DNA of 64,000 nucleotides from Minisyncoccota bacterium (GTDB lineage Bacteria; Patescibacteriota; Minisyncoccia; Phycocordibacterales; UBA9973), in the NCBI GenBank assembly GCA_041658325.1, contig JBBAAI010000001.1, positions 154,869 to 218,868 on the forward strand. The letters are read 5' to 3'. The notes under the pieces were generated by a model that was not told where the DNA came from, made no database searches, and worked only from the letters and a program-made list of their open reading frames with translations. Made by a program: the position numbers and the translations under genes. Shown here piece after piece: positions 39,080 to 49,927 of the stretch (position 1 is the first letter of the stretch; each line of letters opens with the position of its first letter).

Positions 39080-39532
39080 ATGGAAAAGAAAAATATGAAT
39101 ATAGTTTTAGCTGTTGCAATTTGTTTAGTTTTGGTCGGAGTTTTAATTTTTATCAGTATAAACAATAAAGAAAAGATGCCTTCAAATAATAATGACACAA
39201 CTAGTGCGATTGATAATACAAATTCAGCCGGAGAAGTAGCAAAAGCGGGGGATGTGGTTACTATGAATTATACTGGCCGATTAGAAAATGGTACAGTTTT
39301 TGACTCAAACATAGATCCAAAATTTAATCACGTACAACCTTTCACTTTTACTCTGGGAGCGGGGCAGGTGATTGCTGGTTGGGATAAAGGAATAGTTGGA
39401 ATGAAGGTTGGAGAAAAGAAAATTCTTACTATTGTGCCAGTGGATGCTTATGGAGCGAATGGCGTGGGTGGAGTTATCCCTCCAAATGCTACGTTAATTT
39501 TTGACGTTGAGCTTGTTAGTATTAAAAGATAA
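39080..39532 (+). CDS. FKBP-type peptidyl-prolyl isomerase, membrane anchored
   Basis: YTGRLENGTVFDS, VIAGWDKG, IPPNATLIFDVEL. Confidence 0.95.
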   Translation: MEKKNMNIVLAVAICLVLVGVLIFISINNKEKMPSNNNDTTSAIDNTNSAGEVAKAGDVVTMNYTGRLENGTVFDSNIDPKFNHVQPFTFTLGAGQVIAGWDKGIVGMKVGEKKILTIVPVDAYGANGVGGVIPPNATLIFDVELVSIKR

Positions 39533-39560
39533 TTTGCCTCGCTAAAAGCGTGGAATTTTT

Positions 39561-40358
39561 ATGGAAATATCAAATAATGAAAAATCATATTTAGTAAAAG
39601 CAATTCTTGTTTTGGTAATTGTCGTATCTTTGTATTTTGCAGTGAAGACCATTGCAGAAATTAAAAGTTACAATTTTATTGGTGGAGGAGCTACTGCTTC
39701 AAATACCATTAGTTTTAGTGGGAAAGGAGAGATTTCAGCTAGCCCTGACTTAGCAACGATTAGTTTTACTATCCGAGAAAATGCTGTGACAATGAAAGAC
39801 GCTCAGTCTAAAGTAACTACCAAAGAAAAGGCCGCGCTTAATTTTTTAGATAAAAGTGGTATTGCAAAGAAAGACATAAAAACAGAGAGTTACAATTCTT
39901 ATCCAAAATATGATTATGGAACTCCATGTTATGGGTACGGAATGCCTTGCAGACAAGAATCACCAAAGATAATTGGTTATGAAGTTTCTGAATATGTTTC
40001 AGTAAAAGTTCGTGATATTGCTAAAGCAGGAGAGATTGTGCAAGAGATTGGAGCTGTTGGAATTTCTGAAATGAATGGTCCAGATTTTTCAATTGATAAA
40101 GAGGATCAATTAAAAGAACAAGCTCGCAAAATGGCTATAGATGAAGCTAAGGCTAAAGCAGAAATTCTCTCTCGTGATCTTGGTGTGCGTCTTGTCCGTA
40201 TTGTAAATTTTTCCGAAAATGGGAATTATCCTATGATGTATGCTGAAGCTGCAATGATGAAAGATAGTGTTGTAAGCGCTTCGAGTCCTGCGCCAGCGCT
40301 TCCAATTGGAGAAAATAAGATTATTTCAAACGTAACAATTACTTACGAAATTAGATAA
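39561..40358 (+). CDS. SIMPL (DUF541) domain protein
   Basis: TISFSGKGE..PDLA, AIDEAKAKAE, NVTITYEI. Confidence 0.88.
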   Translation: MEISNNEKSYLVKAILVLVIVVSLYFAVKTIAEIKSYNFIGGGATASNTISFSGKGEISASPDLATISFTIRENAVTMKDAQSKVTTKEKAALNFLDKSGIAKKDIKTESYNSYPKYDYGTPCYGYGMPCRQESPKIIGYEVSEYVSVKVRDIAKAGEIVQEIGAVGISEMNGPDFSIDKEDQLKEQARKMAIDEAKAKAEILSRDLGVRLVRIVNFSENGNYPMMYAEAAMMKDSVVSASSPAPALPIGENKIISNVTITYEIR

Positions 40359-40458
40359 AGTTCGTTTGCTCTTTTAGGTTGACTATTTTAGAAAAAAGAG
40401 TATTGTTAAAAAAGCCCTTGAAAGGGGGCTTTTTTAAAAGTTTAGGAGAATAACATAT

Positions 40459-40644
40459 ATGTCAAAAATTATTGAATATTTAAAAGAAACGAAGACAGAA
40501 TTAAAACATGTGGTTTGGCCACCAAGAAGTCAGACTTTATACTATACTTTGATAGTTGTTGTTTTGTCTGTTGTAATTTCATACTATTTAGGCATTTTTG
40601 ATTTTATTTTTTCACAAATCTTACAGAAAATAATCGTTATTTAA
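40459..40644 (+). CDS. secE: Preprotein translocase subunit SecE
   Basis: ELKHVVWP plus TM helix; upstream of nusG. Confidence 0.93.
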   Translation: MSKIIEYLKETKTELKHVVWPPRSQTLYYTLIVVVLSVVISYYLGIFDFIFSQILQKIIVI

Positions 40645-40651
40645 ATTTACA

Positions 40652-41194
40652 ATGAAACAAGAAACATTAGGAGTTAGAAATTGGTATGCTATCCATACTT
40701 ATGCCGGATACGAGAACGTCGTTCTTCGTAATTTGCGTCAGCGCATTGATTCTCTCGGTATGAACGATAAAATTTTCAATGTTATTGTGCCAGTAGAAAA
40801 GAAAATAAAAATTAAAGCTGGTAAAAGAGTGGAAGTAGAAGAAAAAATTTATCCAGGATATGTGTTGGTGGATATGATTGTAACAGACGATTCTTGGTAT
40901 GTTGTTCGCAATACCCCACGCGTGACTGGTTTCGTCGGGGCGGGAGTGAACCCTGTTCCTCTTAAAAAAGAAGAAGTGGATTATTTGTTTAAAAAGATGG
41001 ATGCTGGTACGACTAAACACAATATTGATTTAGCGATTGGTGAAACTGTACGCATTGCGGATGGACCGTTTAAGGATCTCGAGGGTAAAGTTAACTCAAT
41101 AGATCAGGATCGAGGTAAGGTAAAAGTTCTTGTTTCAATGTTCGGTCGGGAAACTCCAGTAGAACTTGATTTCTTGCAAGTTAAGAAAATTTAA
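40652..41194 (+). CDS. nusG: Transcription factor NusG
   Basis: WYAIHTYAGYE, YPGYVLV, VRNTPRVTGF, KOW, FGRETPVEL. Confidence 0.97.
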   Translation: MKQETLGVRNWYAIHTYAGYENVVLRNLRQRIDSLGMNDKIFNVIVPVEKKIKIKAGKRVEVEEKIYPGYVLVDMIVTDDSWYVVRNTPRVTGFVGAGVNPVPLKKEEVDYLFKKMDAGTTKHNIDLAIGETVRIADGPFKDLEGKVNSIDQDRGKVKVLVSMFGRETPVELDFLQVKKI

Positions 41195-41211
41195 GCTAAT
41201 CTAAAAAATAT

Positions 41212-41637
41212 ATGGCAAAAAAGATAACTAAAAAAATAAAACTACAAATTCAGGCTGCGAAAGCAACTCCAGCGCCACCTTTAGGGCCCGCTCTCGGTCA
41301 GGCTGGTATTAATATTGGAGATTTCGTTACCAAGTTTAATGCTGTCACGGCTAAAATGGCCGGAGACAAAGTCGGTGTTTCTATCACTGTTTACGAAGAT
41401 CGCAGTTATGACTTCGTTGTTAAAACCCCTCCCGTAACTGGTTTAATTCTAAAAGCAGCTGGAGTAGAAAAAGGTTCAGGCAAAAACGCCTCAACTAAAG
41501 TTGGAAAAATAACTAAAGCTCAAGCGCTTGAAATCGCCAATAAGAAACGCGTAGATTTGAATGCTAAAGATGACGAAGGAGCTATCAACATTATTGCTGG
41601 TTCCGCTCGAAGTATGGGCATTGAAATTAAAGACTAA
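41212..41637 (+). CDS. rplK: 50S ribosomal protein L11
   Basis: [20 protein letters not shown]. Confidence 0.97.
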   Translation: MAKKITKKIKLQIQAAKATPAPPLGPALGQAGINIGDFVTKFNAVTAKMAGDKVGVSITVYEDRSYDFVVKTPPVTGLILKAAGVEKGSGKNASTKVGKITKAQALEIANKKRVDLNAKDDEGAINIIAGSARSMGIEIKD

Positions 41638-41640
41638 AAG

Positions 41641-41667
41641 AAAAGCCAACGGGAACGTTGGCTTTTT
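41641..41667 (+). terminator. Intrinsic terminator after rplK
   Basis: AAAAGCCAACG-GGAA-CGTTGGCTTTTT. Confidence 0.8.
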
Positions 41668-41691
41668 GCTTGATGGGGGTATAATTGTGTT

Positions 41692-42195
41692 ATGAAAAAA
41701 GAAACTAAAAAAGTAGCCAAGCACAAAAGGCCATCTTGGGATGAATATTTCTTACAATTAGCAGAAATAGTCGGGTCTCGTGGAACTTGTGATAGGGGTA
41801 GGGCTGGAGCAGTTATCGTTAAAGATAAAAGAATTTTAGCTACTGGTTATGTTGGGGCGCCCGTGGGGCTTCCAAGTTGTGACGACATAGGACATGAAAT
41901 GCATACAGTTAAAAATGAAGACGGTTCTGAGTCTAGACACTGCATCAGAACTTCACATGCAGAACAAAATGCGATAAACAACGCAGCTAGAGTAGGAGTC
42001 GCAGTAGAAGAAAGCACGATGTATTGCAAAATGGCTCCATGCTATAAATGCGCGCAAAGTATTATTAATTCAGGGATTGTTCGTATTGTGGCCATGAAAG
42101 ATTATCATGGGGCGAACAGAACAAAGGAAATTTTTAAACAAGCCAAAATCAAACTAAGTATTTTGGGAGAAATGCAAATTTATAAAGATATGTAA
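41692..42195 (+). CDS. dCMP deaminase (ComEB-like)
   Basis: RPSWDEYF, HAEQNA, PCYKC zinc motif. Confidence 0.92.
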   Translation: MKKETKKVAKHKRPSWDEYFLQLAEIVGSRGTCDRGRAGAVIVKDKRILATGYVGAPVGLPSCDDIGHEMHTVKNEDGSESRHCIRTSHAEQNAINNAARVGVAVEESTMYCKMAPCYKCAQSIINSGIVRIVAMKDYHGANRTKEIFKQAKIKLSILGEMQIYKDM

Positions 42196-42199
42196 TTTT

Positions 42200-42748
42200 A
42201 TGAAAATTATTCTAGGTTTAGTCGGATCACTAGCCAGCGGGAAAGATACCACAAAAAAATATTTGGCAGAAAAATATGGAGCCAAAGATTGCAAATTTTC
42301 TAGTATTTTACGTGATGTTTTAAATAGAATTACTGTTCCAGTCAGTCGAGAAAATATGCAGAACCTCTCAACTGTTTTAAGGGCGAATTTTGGAGAAAAT
42401 TTATTGGCAAGAGTAATTGCGAATGATGCTTCCAAGCTTTATGCTGAGATTGTGGTTATTGATGGCGTCCGAAGACCTACTGATATTGAACATTTAATTA
42501 AACTACCAAACTTTTTTTTAATAAAAATTGATGCTGACCCGCATTTGAGATATGAGAGAATGATAAAAAGAAATGAAAACGAGGGAGATGATAAAAAATC
42601 TTACGAGCAATTTCTAAAAGATCATGAAGCTGAAGCAGACAGCCTGATTCCAGTCGTGATGGAATCCGCAAAATATTCTATTGAAAATAGTGGTAGTTTG
42701 GAAGATTTATATAAACAAATAGATGAAATAATTAAGAAACTTTCCTAA
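42200..42748 (+). CDS. P-loop nucleotide kinase (dNMP kinase/dephospho-CoA kinase-like)
   Basis: GSLASGKDT Walker A, VIDGVRR, IENSGSLEDL. Confidence 0.75.
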   Translation: MKIILGLVGSLASGKDTTKKYLAEKYGAKDCKFSSILRDVLNRITVPVSRENMQNLSTVLRANFGENLLARVIANDASKLYAEIVVIDGVRRPTDIEHLIKLPNFFLIKIDADPHLRYERMIKRNENEGDDKKSYEQFLKDHEAEADSLIPVVMESAKYSIENSGSLEDLYKQIDEIIKKLS

Positions 42749-42755
42749 TTATTTT

Positions 42756-44111
42756 CTATTTTAGAACAATATCGTGTTCTCCTCTTTTGATATCAAATCG
42801 GTCTATTTCTTTATCTAAATGTATTACTAACCCAAATTTTCCAAAAAGGTTGAGCAAAGAATCAGCCATCATTTTGGCTTTTTTCCTTAAGGTAGGATGT
42901 ACGAATCTTGTAGCTCGTAATTCCGTTAAATACACCAAAGCGGGGATTCCGCCAGTTAATCTATTTGAAATATTATATCCCATAGCCAGATAGTATTGTC
43001 TTTCCTCTTTAGAAACATTTATTTTTTTGATTTTATCTTCTTGTTTTTCTAAAAATAATTTTGCTTTAGTTCTTAATTCTTCGGGTAGTTCCTCCAGATA
43101 CCATTTTTCGAAACCGATTTCTGGGGTTAAAAGAGGCATTCTTTGAATAACGGCGCGATGTCTTTGGATGTCGCGAAACGATCCGAAATCAAGAAGAAAT
43201 TCAAATTGCAAAGTTCCAGCTTCGCTCAAGTATTTCGGTAATTCTGTTTTTGCAGGTCTATTTTCTAGAATTTTTTTCAGCAATAAACTGGTGTTTATAG
43301 AATTATTCACCATTTTAAAATCTGGACAATTTTTATCGTGATAATAGTAATCTTTTTCCATCCATTCTTTGTTATAATTTTCCGTATTCTCGTAGTGTTC
43401 ATGTCCAAACGAGTTTGGAAAAGCTAAACGCAAAGCCTCTTCTATCGCTTCAGCAACATTTTTAACTTCCTCAAGTGGATGATGACGGAGTAGCATTACT
43501 TTATCCGCTGCTTGTCTTAAATTTGTATGCCAAGCCAAATTTGTTGTTGACCCAGCCGGTAAAAATCCTCTTAATATATCAAAAGCTCTGGCGCTGATAG
43601 CTTTGTCATAAATGATTTCTTTTTCTCCTTCGCCTAGGGGAAATTGTGCCTTTAAATATTTCTTAGTTGGTTCTAATGCTTCAATATAAAACTTTCTGTA
43701 AGCTTCCAATATTTCTTCTCCTTCTTTTGTGCCTAGTGGATTTTTAAATGGTTGAGTTTGAAAATCAATATATCTTGTTGAGGATTCTTGTCCGGAATAT
43801 AAAGGCCAGTCTTGTATGGCTTTCGCTACTAACATTGAAACCCCTTCAATAAATATTGAAGTAGTACCGCAGTCGCCGATAGATTTGTGCCCATAGCCGA
43901 CATAAAAGTTTTTCATAAAATTCTCCGGTCCTTTTTCTGAAAGAATTTTCAAATGATTTTTGAGTCCTCCAGTAGAACGAGAGTGAAGAGCCTGGAGCAT
44001 CGCAGCTGATTCTGGTCCGATGACCGAGCCGGTATCTAAAACGATAACTACGCCGCCTCCTTTTATTTGTGTTTCTGAATGTTTAAGTTCTTCGAGATTT
44101 TTATTTGCCAT
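42756..44111 (-). CDS. thyX: FAD-dependent thymidylate synthase, long tandem-domain type
   Basis: YGHKSI, QESSTRY, RGFLP, FRDIQRHR; 451 aa. Confidence 0.8.
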   Translation of the reverse strand: MANKNLEELKHSETQIKGGGVVIVLDTGSVIGPESAAMLQALHSRSTGGLKNHLKILSEKGPENFMKNFYVGYGHKSIGDCGTTSIFIEGVSMLVAKAIQDWPLYSGQESSTRYIDFQTQPFKNPLGTKEGEEILEAYRKFYIEALEPTKKYLKAQFPLGEGEKEIIYDKAISARAFDILRGFLPAGSTTNLAWHTNLRQAADKVMLLRHHPLEEVKNVAEAIEEALRLAFPNSFGHEHYENTENYNKEWMEKDYYYHDKNCPDFKMVNNSINTSLLLKKILENRPAKTELPKYLSEAGTLQFEFLLDFGSFRDIQRHRAVIQRMPLLTPEIGFEKWYLEELPEELRTKAKLFLEKQEDKIKKINVSKEERQYYLAMGYNISNRLTGGIPALVYLTELRATRFVHPTLRKKAKMMADSLLNLFGKFGLVIHLDKEIDRFDIKRGEHDIVLK

Positions 44112-44223
44112 GTTTTCAGTATAACTTTTTTGCTTGATTTAATAAAACATTGACAAATAAAGGCAGAAATGCTACTCTTTTAATATCATTCTCATCTCTA
44201 ATACATTTTGGGAGTGACCCATT

Positions 44224-45495
44224 ATGTATACACACAAAACGGCTCATCCGAAGAAATTTGGAGGCCACACTACTTTTAAAGTGAAACCGCGTTTTGGCGC
44301 GAGTAAATCCGTCCGTCGCCCACACGGTGTTTTTAACGGTTCCCGTTTTAAAAAGGGTGGAAGTAAAAAATCTCGCGGTGAACATATAGATTTTTCACGT
44401 TTCATAAAAAAAGGAACGCACGTAGAAGAAAAGCCATATGTGGCGAAACATACTTTTGCTGATTTTCCTTTTGCTCCGCAACTGCATAAAAATATTGAAA
44501 GGGCAGGATTTAAAGATCCTCGTCCGATACAAGATCAAGCCATTCCGTCAGTCATGAAAGGGCATGATGTTTTCGGCATGGCGAATACTGGTACAGGCAA
44601 GACCGCAGCATTCTTACTTCCGCTTATAGAGAAAATTTATAAAACAAAAGGGCAGAGTAAAAGAGAAACCGTGCTTATCATGGCACCGACGCGCGAGCTC
44701 GCGCTACAAATAGAAAGTGATTTTAAAAATCTCGCTTTTGGTTTCGGTATGTTTTCTGTCGCCTGTGTGGGAGGACTTCCGATCATGAAACAAATTCGCG
44801 AAATAAAAATGGGAGTTTCGTTTATTATCGGTACGCCGGGGCGTTTGCGGGATTTAATAGATAAAAAAGTTTTAGATCTAACTACTTGTCATTCTGTGGT
44901 GCTCGATGAGGCAGATCGAATGCTCGATATGGGTTTTCGTGATGATATGGTTTATATAATTGGTAAGACAGCGAAAGAAAGACAAACCCTTTTCTTCTCT
45001 GCGACCCTTTCTCCAGAAATTAAAAAATTAACCGAACATTATTTAAAAGAACCAATTTTTATTTCGGTTATTTCTGGCGAGACGGCAAAAAATATTGATC
45101 AAGATGTTATTCGGGTGAAAAGTACTGCCGAAAAAATAGAAAAGCTACACGAAGTTTTGAAAAAAGACGGTTCGGACAAAGTTCTCATTTTTCGAGAGAT
45201 GAAACACAGTGTGGATACACTAGCGAAAGAGCTTGCGCATATGGGTTTCAAAGTCGGGGCGATTCATGGCGACAAAAGAAGTCGTGAGCGTATCCGTATT
45301 CTTGATTCATTCAAAAAAGATAAAATTAATATTTTGATTGCGACTGACGTCGCTGCACGCGGACTGGATATCCCAGACGTGACGCATGTTATCAATTACG
45401 ACGTGCCACAAACTTACGATACTTATGTGCACCGCATCGGCCGAACTGGCCGCTCTGGTAAAAAGGGAAATGCCTTAACCTTTGTTCCTGCGTAA
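44224..45495 (+). CDS. DEAD-box RNA helicase
   Basis: GTGKT, PTRELA, DEAD, SAT, ARGLD, HRIGRTGR. Confidence 0.96.
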   Translation: MYTHKTAHPKKFGGHTTFKVKPRFGASKSVRRPHGVFNGSRFKKGGSKKSRGEHIDFSRFIKKGTHVEEKPYVAKHTFADFPFAPQLHKNIERAGFKDPRPIQDQAIPSVMKGHDVFGMANTGTGKTAAFLLPLIEKIYKTKGQSKRETVLIMAPTRELALQIESDFKNLAFGFGMFSVACVGGLPIMKQIREIKMGVSFIIGTPGRLRDLIDKKVLDLTTCHSVVLDEADRMLDMGFRDDMVYIIGKTAKERQTLFFSATLSPEIKKLTEHYLKEPIFISVISGETAKNIDQDVIRVKSTAEKIEKLHEVLKKDGSDKVLIFREMKHSVDTLAKELAHMGFKVGAIHGDKRSRERIRILDSFKKDKINILIATDVAARGLDIPDVTHVINYDVPQTYDTYVHRIGRTGRSGKKGNALTFVPA

Positions 45496-45549
45496 AAACA
45501 AATTTTTTAGTGGTATTGCAAAAAAAATAATATATGCTAAATTAATTTC

Positions 45550-45840
45550 CAGATGCACAACAGGTTAGCCATCGTCTTATTCGTCGTCCTTCGACCTCTA
45601 GGGGCCAGGACAAAACCAGTCATCAGGCTGCAACCCAAGAGGTAGTAGCCAACACAAAGAAAGAGAGGTGTAACCTCGGCGGGCGCAAGTGGATTGGGAC
45701 TCCACAATCACGTGATCGGGTTCGACTCCCGCATCCATGGCAACATGGAAGGGCTGTGGTTAAGTCCGCTACGAACAAGAAAATCCGAAATCCCCGGAAC
45801 CAAGAACCAAGGGGGTGCTGGCAAGCCGGCACCCCCTAAT
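45550..45840 (+). ncRNA. Candidate GC-rich structured RNA with tRNA-like arms
   Basis: Promoter-like TTGCAA..TGCTAAATT upstream; hairpins GTGGA-TTGGGAC-TCCAC, CGGG-TTCGACT-CCCG, TCCATG-GCAA-CATGGA; strong terminator 45810-45837. Confidence 0.45.
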
Positions 45841-45885
45841 TTTTTTTAATTAACTAAAAAATCCACCACTGGTGGATTTTTGTTT

Positions 45886-46137
45886 TTATTTTGCTTGTAT
45901 TAGTTCGGCCTTGAGGAGGGTGGCGTAGACGCCGTTTTTGTTCATGGTGCGTATGCCACGAGCGGAGATTTCAATATTTACAGTTTTATTTAATTCAGGC
46001 ACAAAAAAGCGCTTCTTTTGAAGATTTGGATATTTTCTCTTTTTGCCGGTCGGGTTAAATTTCGTGGCACGAGTCCTGTTTGAGTATCCGCCTCCGACGA
46101 TTGAACCCTTTTTTGTTATTGCACATACTTTCTTCAT
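45886..46137 (-). CDS. rpmB: 50S ribosomal protein L28
   Basis: KVCAITKK, RKYPNLQKKR, ISARGIRT. Confidence 0.92.
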   Translation of the reverse strand: MKKVCAITKKGSIVGGGYSNRTRATKFNPTGKKRKYPNLQKKRFFVPELNKTVNIEISARGIRTMNKNGVYATLLKAELIQAK

Positions 46138-46169
46138 AGTTTTTTTATGTTATCATTAGAAACATCATT

Positions 46170-46790
46170 ATGCAAGGAACTGATGCAATTTTTTATATAG
46201 TCATACTTATCATGTCTGTGGTGATTCACGAAGTTTCGCACGGTTTTATGGCGGAATATTTTGGTGACGATACTGCCAGAAACGCAGGACGCCTTACCCT
46301 AAACCCCATCAAGCACCTAGATTTATTTGGTTCGATTCTTTTGCCAGCAGTTTTAATATTATCGAAAGCCGGTTTTGTTTTTGGTTGGGCAAAACCTGTA
46401 CCTTACAATCCAAATAATTTAAGTAACAGAAAATGGGGGACCTTGGCTGTCGCTTCGGCTGGTGTTCTGGCTAACTTTTTTATTGCTATTATTTTCGGAA
46501 TAATTATTCGTATTTCTTCTAACTTTGTTTTACCTTCTGGTTTTTATTTTATAACTTCTGCCATTGTAATCGTTAATTTAGCTTTAGGTATTTTTAATTT
46601 AGTACCGATTCCACCTCTTGATGGTTCTAAGATACTTTTTTCTTTTTTGCCAGAGAGAGCTTTTTCTTTTATTCTCGTTTATGAACAATATTCATTAATA
46701 TTATTGCTTGTTTTTATCGTTTTCTTTTCGGATTCCTTGTATCCTATATTAGCTTTTCTTTTTAATCTCATTACCGGTCTTGCTTTTTAG
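46170..46790 (+). CDS. Site-2 protease (M50 family)
   Basis: [15 protein letters not shown]. Confidence 0.93.
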   Translation: MQGTDAIFYIVILIMSVVIHEVSHGFMAEYFGDDTARNAGRLTLNPIKHLDLFGSILLPAVLILSKAGFVFGWAKPVPYNPNNLSNRKWGTLAVASAGVLANFFIAIIFGIIIRISSNFVLPSGFYFITSAIVIVNLALGIFNLVPIPPLDGSKILFSFLPERAFSFILVYEQYSLILLLVFIVFFSDSLYPILAFLFNLITGLAF

Positions 46791-46843
46791 TTTATTTAAT
46801 AGTATATTCTTTTTATAGTCCTATGGGGCTATTTTGTTTACTT

Positions 46844-47269
46844 ATGCCAACAATCAACCAATTAATTAAGAAAAATAGAACAAAGATGCATGCCAAACAC
46901 AAGACGGTGGCTCTGGCTCGTGGCTTTAACGTTCTTAAAAACAGGCCAGTATTTTTTCCTTCACCTTTCAAGCGTGGTGTTTGCACGAAAGTTTCAACGA
47001 CTACTCCTAAAAAACCAAACTCCGCTCTACGAAAGATAGCGAGAGTGCGATTGACTAACGGTATGGAAGTAACTGCTTATATTCCGGGCGAAGGACACAA
47101 TTTACAAGAACACTCTGTGGTCATGCTTCGTGGAGGACGTGTGAAAGACTTGATCGGAGTACGATATCACATCGTGCGTGGAGTCCTTGATACTCAAGGG
47201 GTTGAAAAGCGTCGACAAGGTAGATCACTTTATGGAAATAAGAAGCCTAGAAAAGAAGCTAAAAAATAA
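46844..47269 (+). CDS. rpsL: 30S ribosomal protein S12
   Basis: [24 protein letters not shown]. Confidence 0.98.
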   Translation: MPTINQLIKKNRTKMHAKHKTVALARGFNVLKNRPVFFPSPFKRGVCTKVSTTTPKKPNSALRKIARVRLTNGMEVTAYIPGEGHNLQEHSVVMLRGGRVKDLIGVRYHIVRGVLDTQGVEKRRQGRSLYGNKKPRKEAKK

Positions 47270-47279
47270 ATAATATTTT

Positions 47280-47750
47280 ATGCGAAGAAAAGTAAAAAAT
47301 AGAAATACAGTAGGACCAGATTTTGTATACAATTCTCAAAAACTAGAGAAGTTCATTAACTATGTCATGTGGTCTGGCAAAAAAGAAACTGCTCGCAAAG
47401 TAATGTATCAGGCCTTTGATGTCATCAAAGAAAAGACAGGTAATCCAAATCCATTAGAAATTTTTGATTTAGCCCTAAGAAATGCTGGCCCTTTGACAGA
47501 AGTACGATCAAAAAGAATCGGAGGAGCAAACTATCAGGTTCCTGTTGAAGTAAGAGCAGAGAGACGCGTGGCTTTAGCTATGCGCTGGATCCGGGATGCT
47601 GCGCGCGGAGGCAAAGGGCGCCCAATGCACTTGAAACTTGCTGATGAACTTATCGCTGTATCAAAGAACGAAGGCGCAGCCATTAAAAAGAAAGAAGATA
47701 CGCACAAAATGGCAGAAGCCAACAAAGCTTTTGCCCATTTCGCTTGGTAA
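47280..47750 (+). CDS. rpsG: 30S ribosomal protein S7
   Basis: GGANYQVP, HKMAEANKAFAH. Confidence 0.98.
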   Translation: MRRKVKNRNTVGPDFVYNSQKLEKFINYVMWSGKKETARKVMYQAFDVIKEKTGNPNPLEIFDLALRNAGPLTEVRSKRIGGANYQVPVEVRAERRVALAMRWIRDAARGGKGRPMHLKLADELIAVSKNEGAAIKKKEDTHKMAEANKAFAHFAW

Positions 47751-47756
47751 AAATAT

Positions 47757-49907
47757 ATGGAACGAGATTATCCCCTAGAAAAAGTTAGGAATATTGGAAT
47801 TATTGCGCATATTGATGCAGGAAAGACGACCACGACGGAGCGTGTGCTTTTTTATACTGGAGTTTCACACAAAATAGGTGAAGTGCATGAGGGAGAAACA
47901 GTTACCGACTGGATGGAACAAGAACGAGAACGCGGGATTACCATTACTTCTGCGGCGGTTACTTGTTTTTGGACTCCGACTTATGCTGATCCGAAAGATA
48001 AAGCTAAAAAACACCGTTTTAATATTATCGATACACCTGGACACATTGATTTCACCGTAGAGGTGAAAAGATCTCTTCGTGTGCTAGACGGTGCCGTGGT
48101 TGTTTTCGACGGAGTCGCCGGAGTGGAACCACAATCCGAAACAAATTGGCGCTATGCTGACGAAGCGAAAGTGCCTCGTGTTTGTTTTATAAATAAATTA
48201 GATCGTACTGGTGCTTCTTTTGAGCATTCTTTTGCAACTATTTTAGACAGACTGACGAAAAAAGCGGTGCGTATGCAAATCCCTATTGGCCTTGAAGAAA
48301 AACATGAAGGAGTCGTGGATCTTCTTCGCATGAAAGCTTATTACTTTGAAGGAGAAATGGGCAATAAGGTTATTGAAAAAGAAATTCCAGAAAACATGAA
48401 AGCGGACGCAGAAAAATTTCATAGTGAACTTATTGAAAAAATTGTGGAGACGGATGATGCGATGATGGAGGAATATTTAGAAGGAGTTATTCCAAATATG
48501 GATGTATTAAAAAAGACTCTCCGCAAAGCTGTTATCAACAATGAAATCTTTCCAGTGTTTGCCGGTTCTGCTTTAAAAAATAAAGGTGTACAGCTCGTGC
48601 TTGACGCCGTCGTTGATTATTTACCAGCTCCGACAGACATTCCGCCTATCCCAGGCGTTAACCCAGATACTGAAGAACCGATGGTGAGACATGCGGATGA
48701 TAAAGAACCATTTGCCGCGTTGGCTTTCAAGGTGGCGACGGATCCGTTTGTCGGACAAATTATTTTCTTCCGCGTTTATTCCGGTAGTTTGCAGGCTGGT
48801 AGTTATGTTTATAATCCTCGTACTAGGAACAAAGAACGCATCGGCCGAATTCTCCGAATGCATGCGAATGATAGAGAAGAAGTGAAACAAGTTTTCGCTG
48901 GAGAAATAGCCGCCGCTGTCGGACTCAAAGATACTATTACTTCTGATACTATTTGTGATGAAAATAATCCTATTGAATTAAATCGCATTGTTTTCCCTGA
49001 ACCAGTTATTCAGCTTCGTATTGAACCGAAAACCAAAGCAGACCAAGAGAAAATGGGTATGGCCTTGAACCGTCTCGCGCAAGAAGATCCTACTTTTAAA
49101 GTTACTACTGATCAGGAAACAGGGGAGACGATCATCGCCGGCATGGGAGAACTTCATTTGGAAATTATTGTGGATCGTATGAAACGCGAATTTACTGTGG
49201 AGGCGAATGTCGGCAAGCCACAAGTAGCTTATCGAGAGACCATTACTGGTACTTCTGATGCAGAAGGAAAATACATCAAGCAGTCTGGCGGACGCGGTAA
49301 CTACGGACACGTGAAGATAAAAGTGAAACCAATGGAAATGCTTACTAAAGAAGAGTTGGAAGATTTGCCGAAAAACACTAAGCGTTCTGAAGGTTTTGAA
49401 TTTGTGAATAGTATTAAGGGGGGTGTCATTCCACAAGAATACATCGCGCCTTGTGAAAAAGGATTTAAAGAAGGACTCGATCGCGGAATCTTAGCCGGAT
49501 TTAAAATTGTAAATGTTTCTGTGGATCTTTGGGATGGAAGTTATCACGAAGTGGACTCCAACGAAATGGCTTTCAAAATTGCTGCTTCTATGGCTATTCA
49601 AGATGCTTGTCGTCGCGCAAACCCTGTCATTCTAGAACCGATGATGAAGGTGGAAGTTATTACCCCAGATAAATTTATGGGAGATGTTACCGGAAATCTT
49701 TCTTCTAAGCGAGGTCTTATCGAAGGAATGGAAGATCGCGGGATGAATAAAGTGATAAAAGCAATCGTGCCTCTTTCCGAAATGTTTGGTTACATGACCG
49801 GGCTCCGCTCCATGACCGAAGGCCGCGCTGGTTTCACAATGGAATTCTTCCGTTATGACATTGTGCCTCAAAACGTGGCTGAAACTATCATCGCTGCGAG
49901 AAAGTAA
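47757..49907 (+). CDS. fusA: Elongation factor G
   Basis: [25 protein letters not shown]. Confidence 0.98.
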   Translation: MERDYPLEKVRNIGIIAHIDAGKTTTTERVLFYTGVSHKIGEVHEGETVTDWMEQERERGITITSAAVTCFWTPTYADPKDKAKKHRFNIIDTPGHIDFTVEVKRSLRVLDGAVVVFDGVAGVEPQSETNWRYADEAKVPRVCFINKLDRTGASFEHSFATILDRLTKKAVRMQIPIGLEEKHEGVVDLLRMKAYYFEGEMGNKVIEKEIPENMKADAEKFHSELIEKIVETDDAMMEEYLEGVIPNMDVLKKTLRKAVINNEIFPVFAGSALKNKGVQLVLDAVVDYLPAPTDIPPIPGVNPDTEEPMVRHADDKEPFAALAFKVATDPFVGQIIFFRVYSGSLQAGSYVYNPRTRNKERIGRILRMHANDREEVKQVFAGEIAAAVGLKDTITSDTICDENNPIELNRIVFPEPVIQLRIEPKTKADQEKMGMALNRLAQEDPTFKVTTDQETGETIIAGMGELHLEIIVDRMKREFTVEANVGKPQVAYRETITGTSDAEGKYIKQSGGRGNYGHVKIKVKPMEMLTKEELEDLPKNTKRSEGFEFVNSIKGGVIPQEYIAPCEKGFKEGLDRGILAGFKIVNVSVDLWDGSYHEVDSNEMAFKIAASMAIQDACRRANPVILEPMMKVEVITPDKFMGDVTGNLSSKRGLIEGMEDRGMNKVIKAIVPLSEMFGYMTGLRSMTEGRAGFTMEFFRYDIVPQNVAETIIAARK

Positions 49908-49927
49908 AAATATGTTATTATGTTTTT

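Noticed and set aside
45600-45760. tmRNA or canonical tRNA-Pro(GGG)
   Set aside because: A T-arm-like and an anticodon-like hairpin exist, but I found no acceptor stem with G3-U70/CCA, no D arm and no tag reading frame; kept only as a candidate ncRNA
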